DNA of 64,000 nucleotides, taken from assembly GCA_043228905.1 (NCBI GenBank), contig JBHGNT010000001.1, positions 18,476,001 through 18,540,000 of the forward strand. Reading direction: 5' to 3'. This stretch comes from Azolla caroliniana. Taxonomy: Eukaryota; Plantae; Polypodiophyta. The notes beneath the pieces were generated by a model. The model made no database searches. It was not told where the DNA came from and was given only the letters and a program-made list of their open reading frames with translations. Position numbers and translations under genes: made by a program. Shown piece by piece: positions 14,246 to 26,145 of this stretch; position 1 is the stretch's first letter, and each line of letters opens with the position of its first letter.

Positions 14246-14880
14246 TGTCGTGAAGAAAACCGTCCACAAGCGGAATCGGTGCACCGGAGCATAGGAACCA
14301 ACTCTTCATGCACGTGCACCTTATGTTGTACATAGGAGATCCTAGGTAGATTAGGTAGGTAGGAAGTAAAGGGGAAACAGCTCCTTCCTTGCCTATAAAA
14401 GGAGGGAGACGAGGAGGGGCGAAGGATCGCGGAGAGTCGAGGACGAAGTGATGTCGGTTTGCGTGCGAAGGCTTCTCTCTCTCTCTCTGGTTCGCAAACT
14501 CCATAGCTTCCTTCTGTGCAGGTTTCGGGAGGCTCGCGCTGCTCTGAGGAATGCCCGAGTGCTTCCGGCAGCACCTCCAACCTGCTCCTGTCTTTCTGTG
14601 CGTTTACGAACAGGCATCGGCATCTGTTCGCCGGCCAGTTCGGTTGTAACAAACTTCGTGTTTTTGTTGCTTTCGTGTTCTTGTTGTTGTCTTTGTTAAT
14701 ACATACATACCTTTGTGTCTCTCTGTGTCGCTGTCCCACTCGCGTCTTTGCTTCGAAGGGCCGTGTCCCTGTGAATCTACGCTCGCGCGTAGTGGGTCTC
14801 TTCTCTTTCTCTCTTGCTCTTCGGTGCAGGACCCCCGAGGTCCCGCCTCACTCCATGCATCCGCGAGGAATACCTCGACA
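14246..14880 (+). repeat. Element B 5' LTR
   Basis: TGTCGTGAAG...CCTCGACA; TATAAAA near 14394. Confidence 0.95.
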
Positions 14881-14884
14881 TCTT

Positions 14885-14902
14885 TGGTGAACCCGACGTG
14901 AA
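14885..14902 (+). promoter_or_regulatory. Primer binding site, tRNA-Trp
   Basis: TGGTGAACCCGACGTGAA is complementary to the plant tRNA-Trp 3' end as I recall it (...TTCACGTCGGGTTCACCA); identical in G at 58207-58224 on the minus strand. Confidence 0.85.
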
Positions 14903-14924
14903 AGAGGCGGCAGAAGAGCAGAAG

Positions 14925-17051
14925 ATGAAGGGGTCTGATCTTGCGGAGGCCATGGCTTCGGCCGTGGATTGGATACTGAGCGTACGCGAGGGCTCCGGCG
15001 CCCTCGACAGAGCCATTGAGGCGGTCGTCGGTACGATCGGCCGGTTCAGCGGAAAGGATGCCACGAAGTATTTGGCGTCCTACGGGGAAGAAATGCTGAT
15101 GCGGGACATTCCGGAAGAGAGGCGTCTTGCCGGGTTCCCTCGAGTGGCGATGCCGAGCATCCATGCGGAGGTGCTCGAGGTGCGGGCGGAGAGCCGTACC
15201 TGGGAGGAGTTCGAAGGTCGACTCCTAGAAAAATACGGAATGGACGATGCGCTCCGGCTTTCGAAACGGGACTTCATGGAGTGGGTGGAGTCCCCCGGCA
15301 AGGGAAGAAACGCGTCGGCACTCCTCCGGGAGTTCGAAGAACGCTTTGCGCGCCTTTCGGCGCTTGACCGAACCATTCTAGATACGAGCCGGGTACTACT
15401 GTTCGTCAAATCGATGGACGAGCGGGACCGGGATCAAGTCGGCTCCTTGCTGGAAACCGAAGACGGGCTGACAACCGACTGGGCTGCGGTTAAGAGAGTC
15501 TGTGGCCGTTTTGACAAACGGCAAGAATGGGCTGACAACGGGGCGGCCGGTGTGGGCTCTGTCACAGCAAGGAGGCTTGAACCGGCACCGCAAGTGCGAA
15601 GGGAAGAAACCCGGGAATGGCTCGAAGCTGGCCCGGCTTCGACCGGCATGATCAGTGGCTCGTCCGGAGGAGCAGCGCTGGAGGAGTTGACGCGGGCGAT
15701 AAAGGATCTCCAGATCGCCCAGACTCGAAGGGAAGGCGGCGAACCGGCTCATCACCGACGGCCGGTAGCAGGGAACAGGTGCATGTGGTGCGACGAGGTC
15801 GGCCACATCCGGAAGGACTGTGGCGATTTCGCAGAAGCATTAAGGAACCGAGTGGTATACCTGTGGGAAGGCCGGGTGCACGCCGGCGACACCAGAAGGG
15901 CCCTGAACCGAAACGACGGGCGAGGAGGAATGAAGAGACTGATGGAAGAGGCAGCGGCCCGACACGTGGAGGCCATCCACTACTCGGCGTCGGCCGGCAT
16001 TCGGGTCGGGGGCAGCGAGGCCCGAAAGGAGGTCAAAGACGGATTTTGGTCGGCAATGCTGGAAGGTCTTGTCGGCGCACGACTAAGGAAAGATGAAACG
16101 GACCGCACTGAGAGACGGGTCGGGGAAATAACCGGGTGGAGCGATCCGGTCGAGGAGAAGACGGGCTTCGTAGAAGCCGCCTGCCGGAACTACGAGGCTC
16201 TGGTAGACGACAAGAGAGTGGGGAAAGCCGGAGCGGCCGGGCCTTCACAACGGTACGAGACCCGATTCGGGCAATGACGGAACGATGCCGGCGGGTCCAG
16301 CTCGCAAGATAACCCCAGGAAGGGCGGATACCGACTGGGGACGAAAATAGAAAGGACTACGGACCTACGGAAGGTCCTAGAGGAACGGATCCTCGACAAC
16401 AAAGTGGAGTTGTCATTGCGAGAGGTGCTAGGGATCGCCAAGAAGGAGTTCCACGACTCCATTGTAGACTTGGTGAAACGGAAGAGGCTGTCGACGGAGA
16501 CAGACCCGGAAAGACCGGTAGAGGTGCGGACAACGCACATCAACGACTCGGCGCTGGCAGATGAGTGGGCGGAGAGCCACTATTCGAGGCCACACTGGGC
16601 CCGAGCGACCACGGAGACCCCGGTAAAGATCGGAGATGTTCAGGAACCGGTGGTGGCGTTGGTGGACCACGGTTCTGAAATAAACCTGATGTCCATGGAC
16701 TTCTATAGAAAGGGGAAGTGGCCGATCAACACCAAGCACGGGTGGAAGATACGAGCGGCGACGCGCGCCACCGAGGAACTGCACGGGGCCTGCCCGAACG
16801 TGCGAGTCAAGATTGGCGACGTCGAGATTGACCAGCACTTCTTCGTACAGGAGACATCCTCGCACCCGGTCATATTAGGGGAACCATACATCACAGCAGC
16901 GCGAATGGAGACCAAGGTGTTGGACAACGGTTCAGCCTACGCGAAGGTCAAAAACCAGGACGGGCGCCATTCGGTCCAATTTCTGACGGTGCGACCGAAC
17001 CACGAGCGTAACCGTGAATCCCTCGGTGGCGAGAACCGGGAGGATTTTTAG
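14925..17051 (+). pseudogene. Element B gag-protease ORF (one premature TGA at 16275)
   Basis: ATG 44 nt after the LTR; ORFs 14814 and 16404 share a frame; CCHC knuckle and DHGSE protease; ends REDF*. Confidence 0.92.
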
Positions 17052-17106
17052 AGAGGGCTGCCGAGGCATGGGGCCGAGACAGTCCGGACACCCGGGAAAT
17101 ACCCCA
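17042..17106 (+). promoter_or_regulatory. Predicted -1 ribosomal frameshift signal (G GAU UUU plus H-type pseudoknot)
   Basis: Heptamer 17042-17048, 6-nt spacer, stem 1 GGGCTG/CAGTCC, stem 2 TGGGG/CCCCA; the -1 frame is open into pol; conserved in A and G. Confidence 0.8.
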
Positions 17107-20100
17107 CGACTGTACGATAGGTAGGAAATTTTGCTTCTCCAACAACGGAGGGTGTATGATAGTTGGCATTGTTGGCCGAGAAAAGACAAGGGCGGAAGTG
17201 CGACTTCGAGCGTGCGGAGTTCTCGGCCCGGACGAGGAAATCAGCGGAGCCGTGGAGATGGTCTCCTTCGACGACACCTTGGGGATGCTGAGGAAGGTAG
17301 CCGGAGAAGACCTTAACGAAGACCGGACGATACCGGTATCTTCCGAAGAGATGTACGAAGTCATCGCGAACTTCAGTCGGGGGCTCGGGTCGGATCGGAC
17401 GGCCCGAGTTAGCACGAAGTACAAGACTGTGGACCGGAAGGTAAGGCCAGTCGCGGCACCCTTACCGGAGGGCAGCGAGTCCCGGATCGGAGCGGTTGCG
17501 TCGGACCCCAGTTTGCGAGATCCGGTCTGCATAGGACACACCTTCACCGACGGAACGCTCCGGGAGCTCAAAATCGGTGGGGGCAGGTTCCTACTGCCGG
17601 CGGAGGAAGACCGGTTTCGGAGGATGCTCTGAAGGCACGGAAAGGCCTTCGCATTCTCACCGGAAGAGATCGGGTGCGTAGACCCGACAATCATGGAGCC
17701 GATGGTGATATTCACGGTACCGCATGTGTCGTGGAACCTCAAGCCGATTCCGGTACCGAGAGCTCACATCCCGAAGTTGATGGAGCTATTGAGGCAGAAA
17801 GTAGATATGGGCATTCTTGAACCGTCGAGTGCCCCATACTTGAACCGATGGTTTACCGTACCGAAGAAAAACGGAACATTACGCTTCATTCAAGACCTGC
17901 AGCCGGTCAACAGAGTGACCATTCGGAACGCAGGAATCGGACCGACCATAGACGAGTTCGCGGAGGCCTTCGCCGGAAGGTCGATTTACTCGGTCGGTGA
18001 TCTGTACTCCGGGTACGACCAGTTCCAGCTAGCCGTGGAGAGCAGAGACATTACGACGATGCGAACTCCCCTCGGCCTAGTGCGAATGTGTACCCTGCCA
18101 CAAGGAGGGACCAACTCGGTGGCTCACATGGTGAATGCAATGAACAAGGTACTGAGGGATTGCATCCCGGACATCACCATGCCATTTCTGGACGACATCC
18201 CGATTAAGGGGTGCCCGGTGGAAGAGAAGGACGAGACAGTCGGGCCGGACGGATGCCGGCGATTCGTGGCAGCACACATCGGCGACTGCGAGAAGGTCCT
18301 ACAAAGGCTAGAGGATGCGAGGCTCACCTTTTCCGGGGAGAAATCGGCCTTCGGGCAATCAGAAATCCTGGTGGTCGGACACCTATGTGGACCATATGGC
18401 CGGAAGCCATCTCCGGCAAAGGTAGAAGCCATCTCCTCGATGAAGACCGACTGTAGCTCGGTTACAGAAGTTCGGAGGTTCCTGGGGGCATGCGCGTTCT
18501 ACCACATATGGATCCCGCATTACGCCCACATTGCGGAGCCGCTATATGGGTTGCACAAGAAAGGGCAAAAATTCGAGTGGCGAGACGAGCACACGGAGTC
18601 GGTCCGGAAGCTGAAGGAAGCTCTTGCGGCAGCACCGGCGCTCCGGAAGGCTGTCTACGAGAACGGTACCCCGGTATACATAACAGTGGATACGAGTCCG
18701 ACCGGGATCGGATGGGTTGTCAATCAAGAAGACAAGGACGACATTCGGTTCCCGATCCGATTCGGCGCGAAGGTCCTCAGTGAGCGACAGCGAGGGTACG
18801 CCCAGGTTAAACGCGAACTCTGGGGTATCGTTTCGGCGATAAAGGCCGACAAAGACTACCTGATCAGGACGGAAGTGATTATCGAGACGGATTGCCTGCC
18901 AATCCTCGGCATGGTTTCCGGATGCGCGACACCGGACCTGGCGATGCTCAGGTGGATAGCGTACATCAAGTTCCTGGACCCGGAAATAAGACACATTTCC
19001 GGAAAGGACAACGCCATGGCCGACATGCTTTCGAGGGCAAGGTTTGATGACGAGGGCGGCATGGTTTCGGAGGATGAAGAAGTCGGTGTGGACTTCTTCG
19101 AGGTGGCGTATGTGACGACCGATGGGACGAGCACTCCGGCACTTAACGACTTCGATGAGAGCAACTACGACTTCGAGTGGCTTCAGATCGGTGGATTTTT
19201 GAGGACAATGATGCCGGACGCGTCATGGACGAAGAACGAGGCCAACCGGATCCGGAAGAAAGCATACCGATTCTTTCTCCGGGACGGATACTTATGGCAG
19301 CACCCGAAGAAGAGGAACGGCGTCCCGCTCTGGGTGGTGCCGATGAAGGAAGAACAGGAGGAGCTGCTGACGGCCTACCACGATAGCCCTTGGGCTGGAC
19401 ACCGTGGAACGTGGGCCACGTTCGACAAGATAAAGGGGAAGTACTGGTGGCCGGGACTGTACCGGGACGTGCATCGGTTTGTGACAACTTGCGAGAGCTG
19501 TCAGATGCACTCCATAGTCCGACATCGGGACGAGCTTCACCCTACGTACCCTCCGACCATCCACTTCAAATGGATGGTAGATCTGGTGACGATGCCGATG
19601 GGAGTAGGACAGATGCGGTACCTGGTCCTGGCTCGGGAAGATCTGACGAACCAGGTAGAAGGCCGAGGCCTTCAGAACAAAACGACCGCGGTCGTATGTC
19701 GGTTCCTGATTGAGGACGTAATATGTTGTTACGGGTGCGTCGGGAAGATAGTGGCTGATCGCGGGGAGTTGGACGCCGAGGAGGCTGAGGAGCTGTTCGA
19801 CCGGCTAGGAGTCAAGCTCTCGCTCACCACTGCATACAATCCGGAGGCGAATGGAAAGGTAGAGCGCGAACACGGACCGATCGTCAAGGCGTTAGTTCGG
19901 GCATGCGGAGGTCAAGTCAGGAACTGGCCGCGGCTGTTGCCTTACGCGTTGTGGGCGGACCGAACTACGCACAGTTCGGTAACCGGATTCATTCCGGCAG
20001 AGCTCATGTTTGGGCAGAAGCCGATCATGCCGATGGAACGTACGATCTCCTCCTAGGCAACCGTAGAATGGAGAGACGAAATGAGCCGGGAGGAACTGTT

Positions 20101-20518
20101 GACGGTACGCATACGGCAGCTCGAGCGAAGACCGGAGGACGTAGAGCAGGTTGCGGAAAAGCTTCGGGTGGCAAGGACGAGGAACAAAGCTCGGTTCGAC
20201 CGGATGCACCGGCTCCGACCGAAGAAGATCGAGGAAGGCGACTGGGTGCTAGTCTATGACAGTAGCCTCGACAACCAGCACCGAGCGACACGGAAGTTCG
20301 CAAGAAGGTGGTTCGGGCCTTACGTGGTACAAAGCGCCAACGAGAACCGGACGTACCATCTGGCGGAACTCGACGGTACGATAATGGCGATACCGGTAGC
20401 TGGGAAGCGGATCAAAGCGTTCAAGAAGCGTCACGACGACGAGGAACCGAAACCGGTTGACCTGGACCGGGACGACGAACGATCCGAAACCGAGGGAGAA
20501 CCGAAGGGCGGAGAATGA
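17042..20518 (+). pseudogene. Element B pol (RT-RNase H-integrase) in the -1 frame, two premature stops
   Basis: ORFs 17156, 17693 and 20081 share a frame; FLDD, VDTSPTGIG, HHCC, DDE core and GPY motif. Confidence 0.93.
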
Positions 20519-20591
20519 AGGCTGGACCGGTTTTCTCCGTCCCAACACAATTTGGCGCATGCCGGTGGATGCGTGGTTAGGTGGGGGCGGA

Positions 20592-21226
20592 TGTCGTGAA
20601 GAAAACCGTCCACAAGCGGAATCGGTGCACCAGAGCGTAGGAACCGACTCTTCATGCACGTGCGCCTTATGTTGTACATAGGAGATCTTAGGTAGATTCG
20701 GTAGGTAGGAAGTAAAGGGGAAACGGCTCCTTCCTTGCCTATAAAAGGAGGGAGACGAGGAGGGGCGAAGGATCGCGGAGAGTCGAGGACGAAGTGCTGT
20801 CGGTTTGCGTGCGAAGGCTTCTCTCTCTCTCTTTGGTTCGCAAACTCCATAGCTTCCTTCTGTGCAGGTTTCGGGAGGCTCGCGCTGCTCTGAGGAATGC
20901 CCGAGTGCTTCCGGCAGCACCTCCAACCTGCTCCTGTCTTTCTGTGCGTTTACGAACAGGCATCGGCATCTGTTCGCCGGCCTGTTCGGTTGTAACAGAC
21001 TTCGTGTTTTTGTTTCTTTCGTGTTCTTGCAGTTGTCATTGTTAATACATACATACCTTTGTGTCTGTCTGTGTCGCTGTCCCACTCACGTCTTTGCTTC
21101 GAAGGGCCATGTCCCTGTGAATCTACGCTCGCGCGTAGTGGGTCTCTTCTCTTTCTCTCTTGCTCTTCGGTGCAGGAACCCCGAGGTCCCGCCTCACTCC
21201 ACGCATCCGCGAGGAATACCTCGACA
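20592..21226 (+). repeat. Element B 3' LTR
   Basis: About 97% identical by eye to 14246-14880. Confidence 0.95.
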
Positions 21227-21332
21227 GCGTGCGCTCAATATCCGATCCACGGCCGAAGCCATGGCCTCCGCAAGATCCGACCCTTTCATCTTCTACTCTT
21301 CTGCCGCCTCTTTCACGTCAGGTTCACGAAGA

Positions 21333-21989
21333 TGTCGAGGTATTCCTCGCGGATGCGTGGAATGAGGCGGCACCTCGGGGGTCCTGTACCGAAGAGCAAC
21401 AGAGAAAGGAAAAGAGACCCACTACGTGCGAGCATAGATTCACAAGGACACGGCCCTTCGACACAAAGACGCGAGTGGGACAGTGACACAGAGAGACAGG
21501 AATGTATGTATGTATTAACAAAGACAACAACAAGAACACGAAAGCAACAAAAACACGAAGTTGATTACAACCGAACAGGCCGGCGAACAAATGCCGATGC
21601 CTGTTCGTAAACGCACAGAAAGAAAAGAGTAGGTTGGAGGTGCTGCCGGAAGCACTCGGGCATTCCTCAGAGCAGCGCGAGCCTCCCGAAACCTGCACAG
21701 AAAGCAGCCACGGAGTTTGCGAGCCAGAGAGAGAGAGAAGCCTTCGCCCACAAACCGACAGCACTTCGTCCTCGACTCCCCGCGATCCTTTTCCCCTTCT
21801 CGTCTCCCTCCTTTTATAGGCAAGGAAGGAGCCGTTTCCTATTAACTTCCTACCTACCGAATCTACCTACCTAGGATCTTCTATGTCCCTAATTCTCTCT
21901 TATGTACAACACAAGGCGTGCGTGCATGAAAAGCCGGTTCCTATGCTCCGGCGCACCGATTCCGCCCGTGGACGGTTTTCTTCACGACA
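21333..21989 (-). repeat. Element A 5' LTR
   Basis: Matches 6687-7343; followed by TSD CCGG. Confidence 0.95.
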
Positions 21990-21993
21990 CCGG

Positions 21994-23227
21994 TCCGGCC
22001 CACTCCGGTCTTTACCGTTCCGGTCCGGGGTTTGCTTCGAATCGGTACCGTCGGTTTCCTTGTCTTTACGGAAATGCCGACAGTTCTTTTGGAAGTGTCA
22101 GGGCTTGCCGCAATAGAAGCAAGTAGGCCTTCCCCTTGACTTTGACCGTGTCCCCGACTTCTCCCGGTTCTGGGGACTACGGTTTCTATGTCTTCCGCGT
22201 TCCGATTCGGTAAGAAGCGCTTTGGAGTCGGAGCTCGTATCTTTGTCTTTCCGACGCGCCTCCTCATCTAGCAAGCTCGACTTTACTCTTGCTAGGGGAT
22301 AACCGCTTTCCTTCCGGCCCGGCGTTGCCCAAAGTGACAACCGACGTCTCCCAGCTATCCGGGAGGGAACCGAGCAGGAGTACTGCTAGTACCTCATCGG
22401 CAAGAGGTACTTCCAATAACGTTGCCTGGTGTATCAGCCCCTGGAAGGCATTCATATGCTCCACCATGCTGGAGCCATCTTGGTACCGGAGTCTTACTAG
22501 CTTCCGGAATACCGAAACCTGATTAACAACATTTTTGTTTTGAAACATTATGTCAATCTTCTCCCAGAGCTCATGAGTCTTGCTCTCTTCATTGAAGTTG
22601 TTGTACAGGCTCATATCGATGAAGCACCGTACGTACGCTGTTGTCTTCATGTGCATCACCTCCCATATCGCGGAGTCGATTTTGTCCGGTTTCTTGTCCC
22701 CTAACTGAACCGGCAGCCAGAGGTCTTTAACCACAAGCATGTCCGTCATCTTCGACTTCCACACTGAATAGTTGGAGCCGGTGAGCTTGAACATGCCGCC
22801 AAACGAATCGTCCAAGAGGTACTTCCAATAACGTTGCCTGGTGTATCAGCCCCTGGAAGGCATTCATATGCTCCACCATGCTGGAGCCATCTTGGTACCG
22901 GAGTCTTACTAGCTTCCGGAATACCGAAACCTGATTAACAACATTTTTGTTTTGAAACATTATGTCAATCTTCTCCCAGAGCTCATGAGTCTTGCTCTCT
23001 TCATTGAAGTTGTTGTACAGGCTCATATCGATGAAGCACCGTACGTACGCTGTTGTCTTCATGTGCATCACCTCCCATATCGCGGAGTCGATTTTGTCCG
23101 GTTTCTTGTCCCCTAACTGAACCGGCAGCCAGAGGTCTTTAACCACAAGCATGTCCGTCATCTTCGACTTCCACACTGAATAGTTGGAGCCGGTGAGCTT
23201 GAACATGCCGCCAAACGAATCGTCCAT
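21994..23227 (-). pseudogene. Copia gag with an internal 412-bp tandem duplication
   Basis: MDDSFGGMFKLTGSNYSVWKSKM, LLGSLPDSW, CFYCGKP knuckle; 22401-22812 repeated at 22813-23224. Confidence 0.9.
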
Positions 23228-23241
23228 TTTCTGTGTCGCTC

Positions 23242-23253
23242 GCTCTGATACCA
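23242..23253 (-). promoter_or_regulatory. Copia PBS, initiator tRNA-Met
   Basis: Minus strand TGGTATCAGAGC, 2 nt after the LTR end. Confidence 0.95.
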
Positions 23254-23449
23254 CTTGACGGGAACCCAAGGCTCCTTATGCGCAACGCTCGGCCACAACC
23301 GAGCTTAGAATGATACACAGAAAACAGGAAATAAAACGTGACACAAAGAAGGAGAGAATACACAAGAGGTTTATGTGGAAAACCCCAAACTAGGGGAAAA
23401 ACCACGGCAGCCCACAGGCTGCAAACTGTCACTATGTAAAAAATGTACG

Positions 23450-24848
23450 TGTGAATCTTCACACACTATGTAAAAAAAATAAAATGAAATAATTATTATA
23501 GATTAGATTAGTAGCTTACTATAGAAAGATGGATATACTCAAGAGCTTCAAAATGTATTTTACTATATACAAAATGGAGAAATACATATCAAGTTATGAG
23601 AAAATGAAGTTTGATTAGATAGAGAAATTAGAACTATCCCACATAGATAGAAAAGTTAAGGCCCTGGCTATATAAACACCTTGAGCTCCCTCATTTTTCA
23701 TTTGTGCTAAGAGCACTTTGGCCACTTTGTCTTGATGGATGATGGTGGCCAAATTCCCTAAAACCGGGAAACTGGTCGGTAAGCAAATCCGGAAAATGGG
23801 TCCGGTAAGCAAATCCGGAAACGGGCCAGTAAGCAAATCTAGAAACCGGCCGGTATGCAATCCGGAAACCGGCCGGTATGCAAAACCGGAACCGGCCGGC
23901 AAGCAAAACCGGAACCAGAATGGGTATGCAAACCGGCTGGTAAGCAAAACCGGAAACCGGCCGGTAAGCAAAACCGGAACCGACCGGCAAGCAAACCGGA
24001 ACCGGAACGGGTATGCAAACTGGAAACCGGCCGGCAAGCAAAATCGGAACCGGAACCGGCAAGCAAACCGGAACCGGCCGGCAAGCAAACCGGAACCGGC
24101 CGGCAAGCAAAACCGGAACCGGCCGACAAGCAAAATCGGAACCGGAACCGACCGGCAAGCAAAATGGAACCGGCTACCGGACGATGTTGGACGCGGACGG
24201 ACGAAAGATTGGATCATGCAACAAACTAAAGTAAAGTGAAGAGAACTAAAGTAAAGGCCATGTGGACGCAAGCAACTAAAGAAGGGAGTGCATGGAAAAA
24301 GTAAAGGTCATGTGGATAGTCACATGCAACCAAAAGAAAAAGCTAGGCAACTAAAAGTAAAGGCCATGCAACAAAAAGTGAAAAGGCTATGATCAAGAGA
24401 GAACTCCATATTTATTCCATTTTTTTTCGACACGAGGACTCTCCATGTTATCTTAATTTTCTTTTCTTTTCTTTGGGAGCTCTCTTATCTTATTGAAGCC
24501 AAGAACCCTAATCTTCCCTACGGAAGTTATCACTCAAGTAAACCATAATATCCATACGGAAGCAATCTCTCAAAATCCAAAATTCCTTGTCAAAACCATA
24601 TCACTCAAGAATCATAATCTCTTATTTCCTCTAATCTATTATTCTAATCATCTCCATAAGATAAAACTTTTGTAATCCCAATCTTGGGATTGATTGTAAT
24701 CTTTCTTTCCCTTTTATTAATGAAATTTGTTAATCTTTCTCATTTCGGTTAATTCTTAGTATATAAATACACGAATTTGATATCCTCTAGACAAAGGCCC
24801 CGGGGTCTTGCCTCAACGTTCACGTATCCCCGTCGCATTTTCGCGACA
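23450..24848. mobile_element. Truncated or solo LTR of a TGTCG...CGACA-type element, containing a minisatellite
   Basis: Ends TCGCGACA; non-coding; TATATAA near 23669; about 60 bp of host LTR is lost at the left junction. Confidence 0.65.
23760..24180. repeat. Degenerate ~19-29 bp minisatellite (AAGCAAAACCGGAACCGGCCGGC)
   Basis: Direct reading; gives low-complexity ORFs in several frames. Confidence 0.9.
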
Positions 24849-25307
24849 ACGGTTACAACAGAGGCAACGACCTCTTTCTCTCTCTCTCTCTCTCTCTGTA
24901 CAGTTACGCACACTCTCTATTCTTGCACCAACAAGAATGACAACAACCCAACAACAGTAACAACAGTTACTAAAAGTTTGCCCTAAGTCATATTTATACT
25001 AATATGATTTTTCGGCTATTTACAAATATAGCCTCGATGGACTATCAGAAAACATATTTACGAATATGTCTCTTCATCCGGTTCTCCGTAACCGGGTACT
25101 CGTCATCCGGTCTTCACCGGGTCTGCATCATCCGGCTCTCCGTGGCCGGGTACTCCTCATCCGGTTCATACCGGTCTGTACCATCCGGCTCTCCGTAGCC
25201 AGGTACTCCTCATCCGGTCTTCACCGGGTCTGCATCATCCGGCTCTCCGTGGCCGGGTACACCTCATACGGTTTCCCATCCGGAGGGACCTGTTTCCCAA
25301 CAATTCC

Positions 25308-26145
25308 GGCCGACGCAACATAGTGCATCGCATCCACGTGAGTCGCATCGGCATCCTCCATAGCTTTCTTCATTCCTCCTCGTCCGAAATTCACCTGTAG
25401 GGGTCTTCTAGTCTCGCTCGAGTAGATCATGTTGTCATCTATGTACACGATATTTTGTCGGATCGCCTCTCAAAGGCTCGCGCAATCCCTTCTCATGTGG
25501 TCCATGCTATCGCACCACACGCAACTAAAGGGTTCTTTTCCTTTGGGCCCCCGACGATTCATGTTGGCTAGCGTAACCTTCTCGAACTTCTTCGCTAGCT
25601 CTTCAATGATGTCGTCATCAATCTTCTTTTCTTCTGGACTACTTTGTTTGGGCGGCTCAACTACTTTCGGCTGTCTTGTTTTCTCCACAACAGTTGATCC
25701 CGGCAAGTCAGTGTCATCAACCCACTAACGACGCTTGTCGAGCCTATTGCATGCTCGCTTTACCACAACCCAGTCCGCCACAAGCTCGTTCTCTTGGGTA
25801 TCATCTTCGAGAAGAGTCCCCAACTCCCGTCTATCCTTCATGTCCACGGCCTTCAAGAAGTACAAAGTCTTGTCCTCTTCAAGCAACACTTGGTTTGTGT
25901 TGGGGAGACGACTAAACATCTGGTCGAATTCGTCGTACACCCTCAAGGCGTTCATCTTCTTATTCTTCTTCTCTATCCACTTCATCAAGGCATGTCGAGT
26001 CATCCTCGTTTAGTCTTCAGTCGCGAACTCTGCTAGTATCGTTTTCTCGAACTCGGACCATGTTGTCTTACCTTCTTGAAGCTTGATGACGCGTCTTTGG
26101 ATGTTGTTGGCGACAACTCTCTTGAAGCTTGCGATTTGATGTGCT
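25308..26145 (-). pseudogene. Gypsy H gag, 5' part
   Basis: FLKAVDMKDRRELGTLLED, CVWCDSMDHMRRDC and GRGGMKKAMED parallel the B gag. Confidence 0.85.

Larger units (their letters stand above)
14246..21226 (+). mobile_element. Ty3/gypsy element B, structurally complete, inserted in the 5' end of A gag in opposite orientation
   Basis: 635-bp LTRs at 14246-14880 and 20592-21226; 4-bp TSD GCGT; PBS, gag-PR, pol, and PPT GGTTAGGTGGGGGCGGA (20575-20591). Confidence 0.97.
6687..21989 (-). mobile_element. Ty3/gypsy element A (TGTCG...CGACA family), inserted between Copia gag and protease
   Basis: 657-bp LTRs at 6687-7343 and 21333-21989; 4-bp TSD CCGG; minus-strand PPT at 7344-7360; decayed tRNA-Trp PBS near 21312-21330. 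Confidence 0.95.
3027..25302 (-). mobile_element. Full-length Ty1/copia element (Tnt1/Tork-like) carrying nested insertions
   Basis: LTRs at 3027-3542 and 23256-25302 (minus strand TG...CA); TSD ATTCC at 3022-3026 and 25303-25307; PBS for initiator tRNA-Met; PPT; order gag-PR-INT-RT-RH. Confidence 0.95.
23256..25302 (-). repeat. Copia 5' LTR, interrupted at about 23450-24848, with an extra U3 tandem repeat
   Basis: Colinear with 3027-3542; imperfect CATCCGG/CCGGGTAC repeats at about 25070-25270. Confidence 0.9.

Noticed and set aside
13471-14739. 422-aa and 487-aa ORFs starting inside LTRs
   Set aside because: The N-terminal extensions come from LTR sequence fused to gag at insertion junctions; the likely gag start is ATG 14925 after the PBS.
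23615-24271. Repeat-rich ORFs (RFRFACR, KPEPAGKQ)
   Set aside because: The minisatellite is open in several frames on both strands; there is no evidence of coding.
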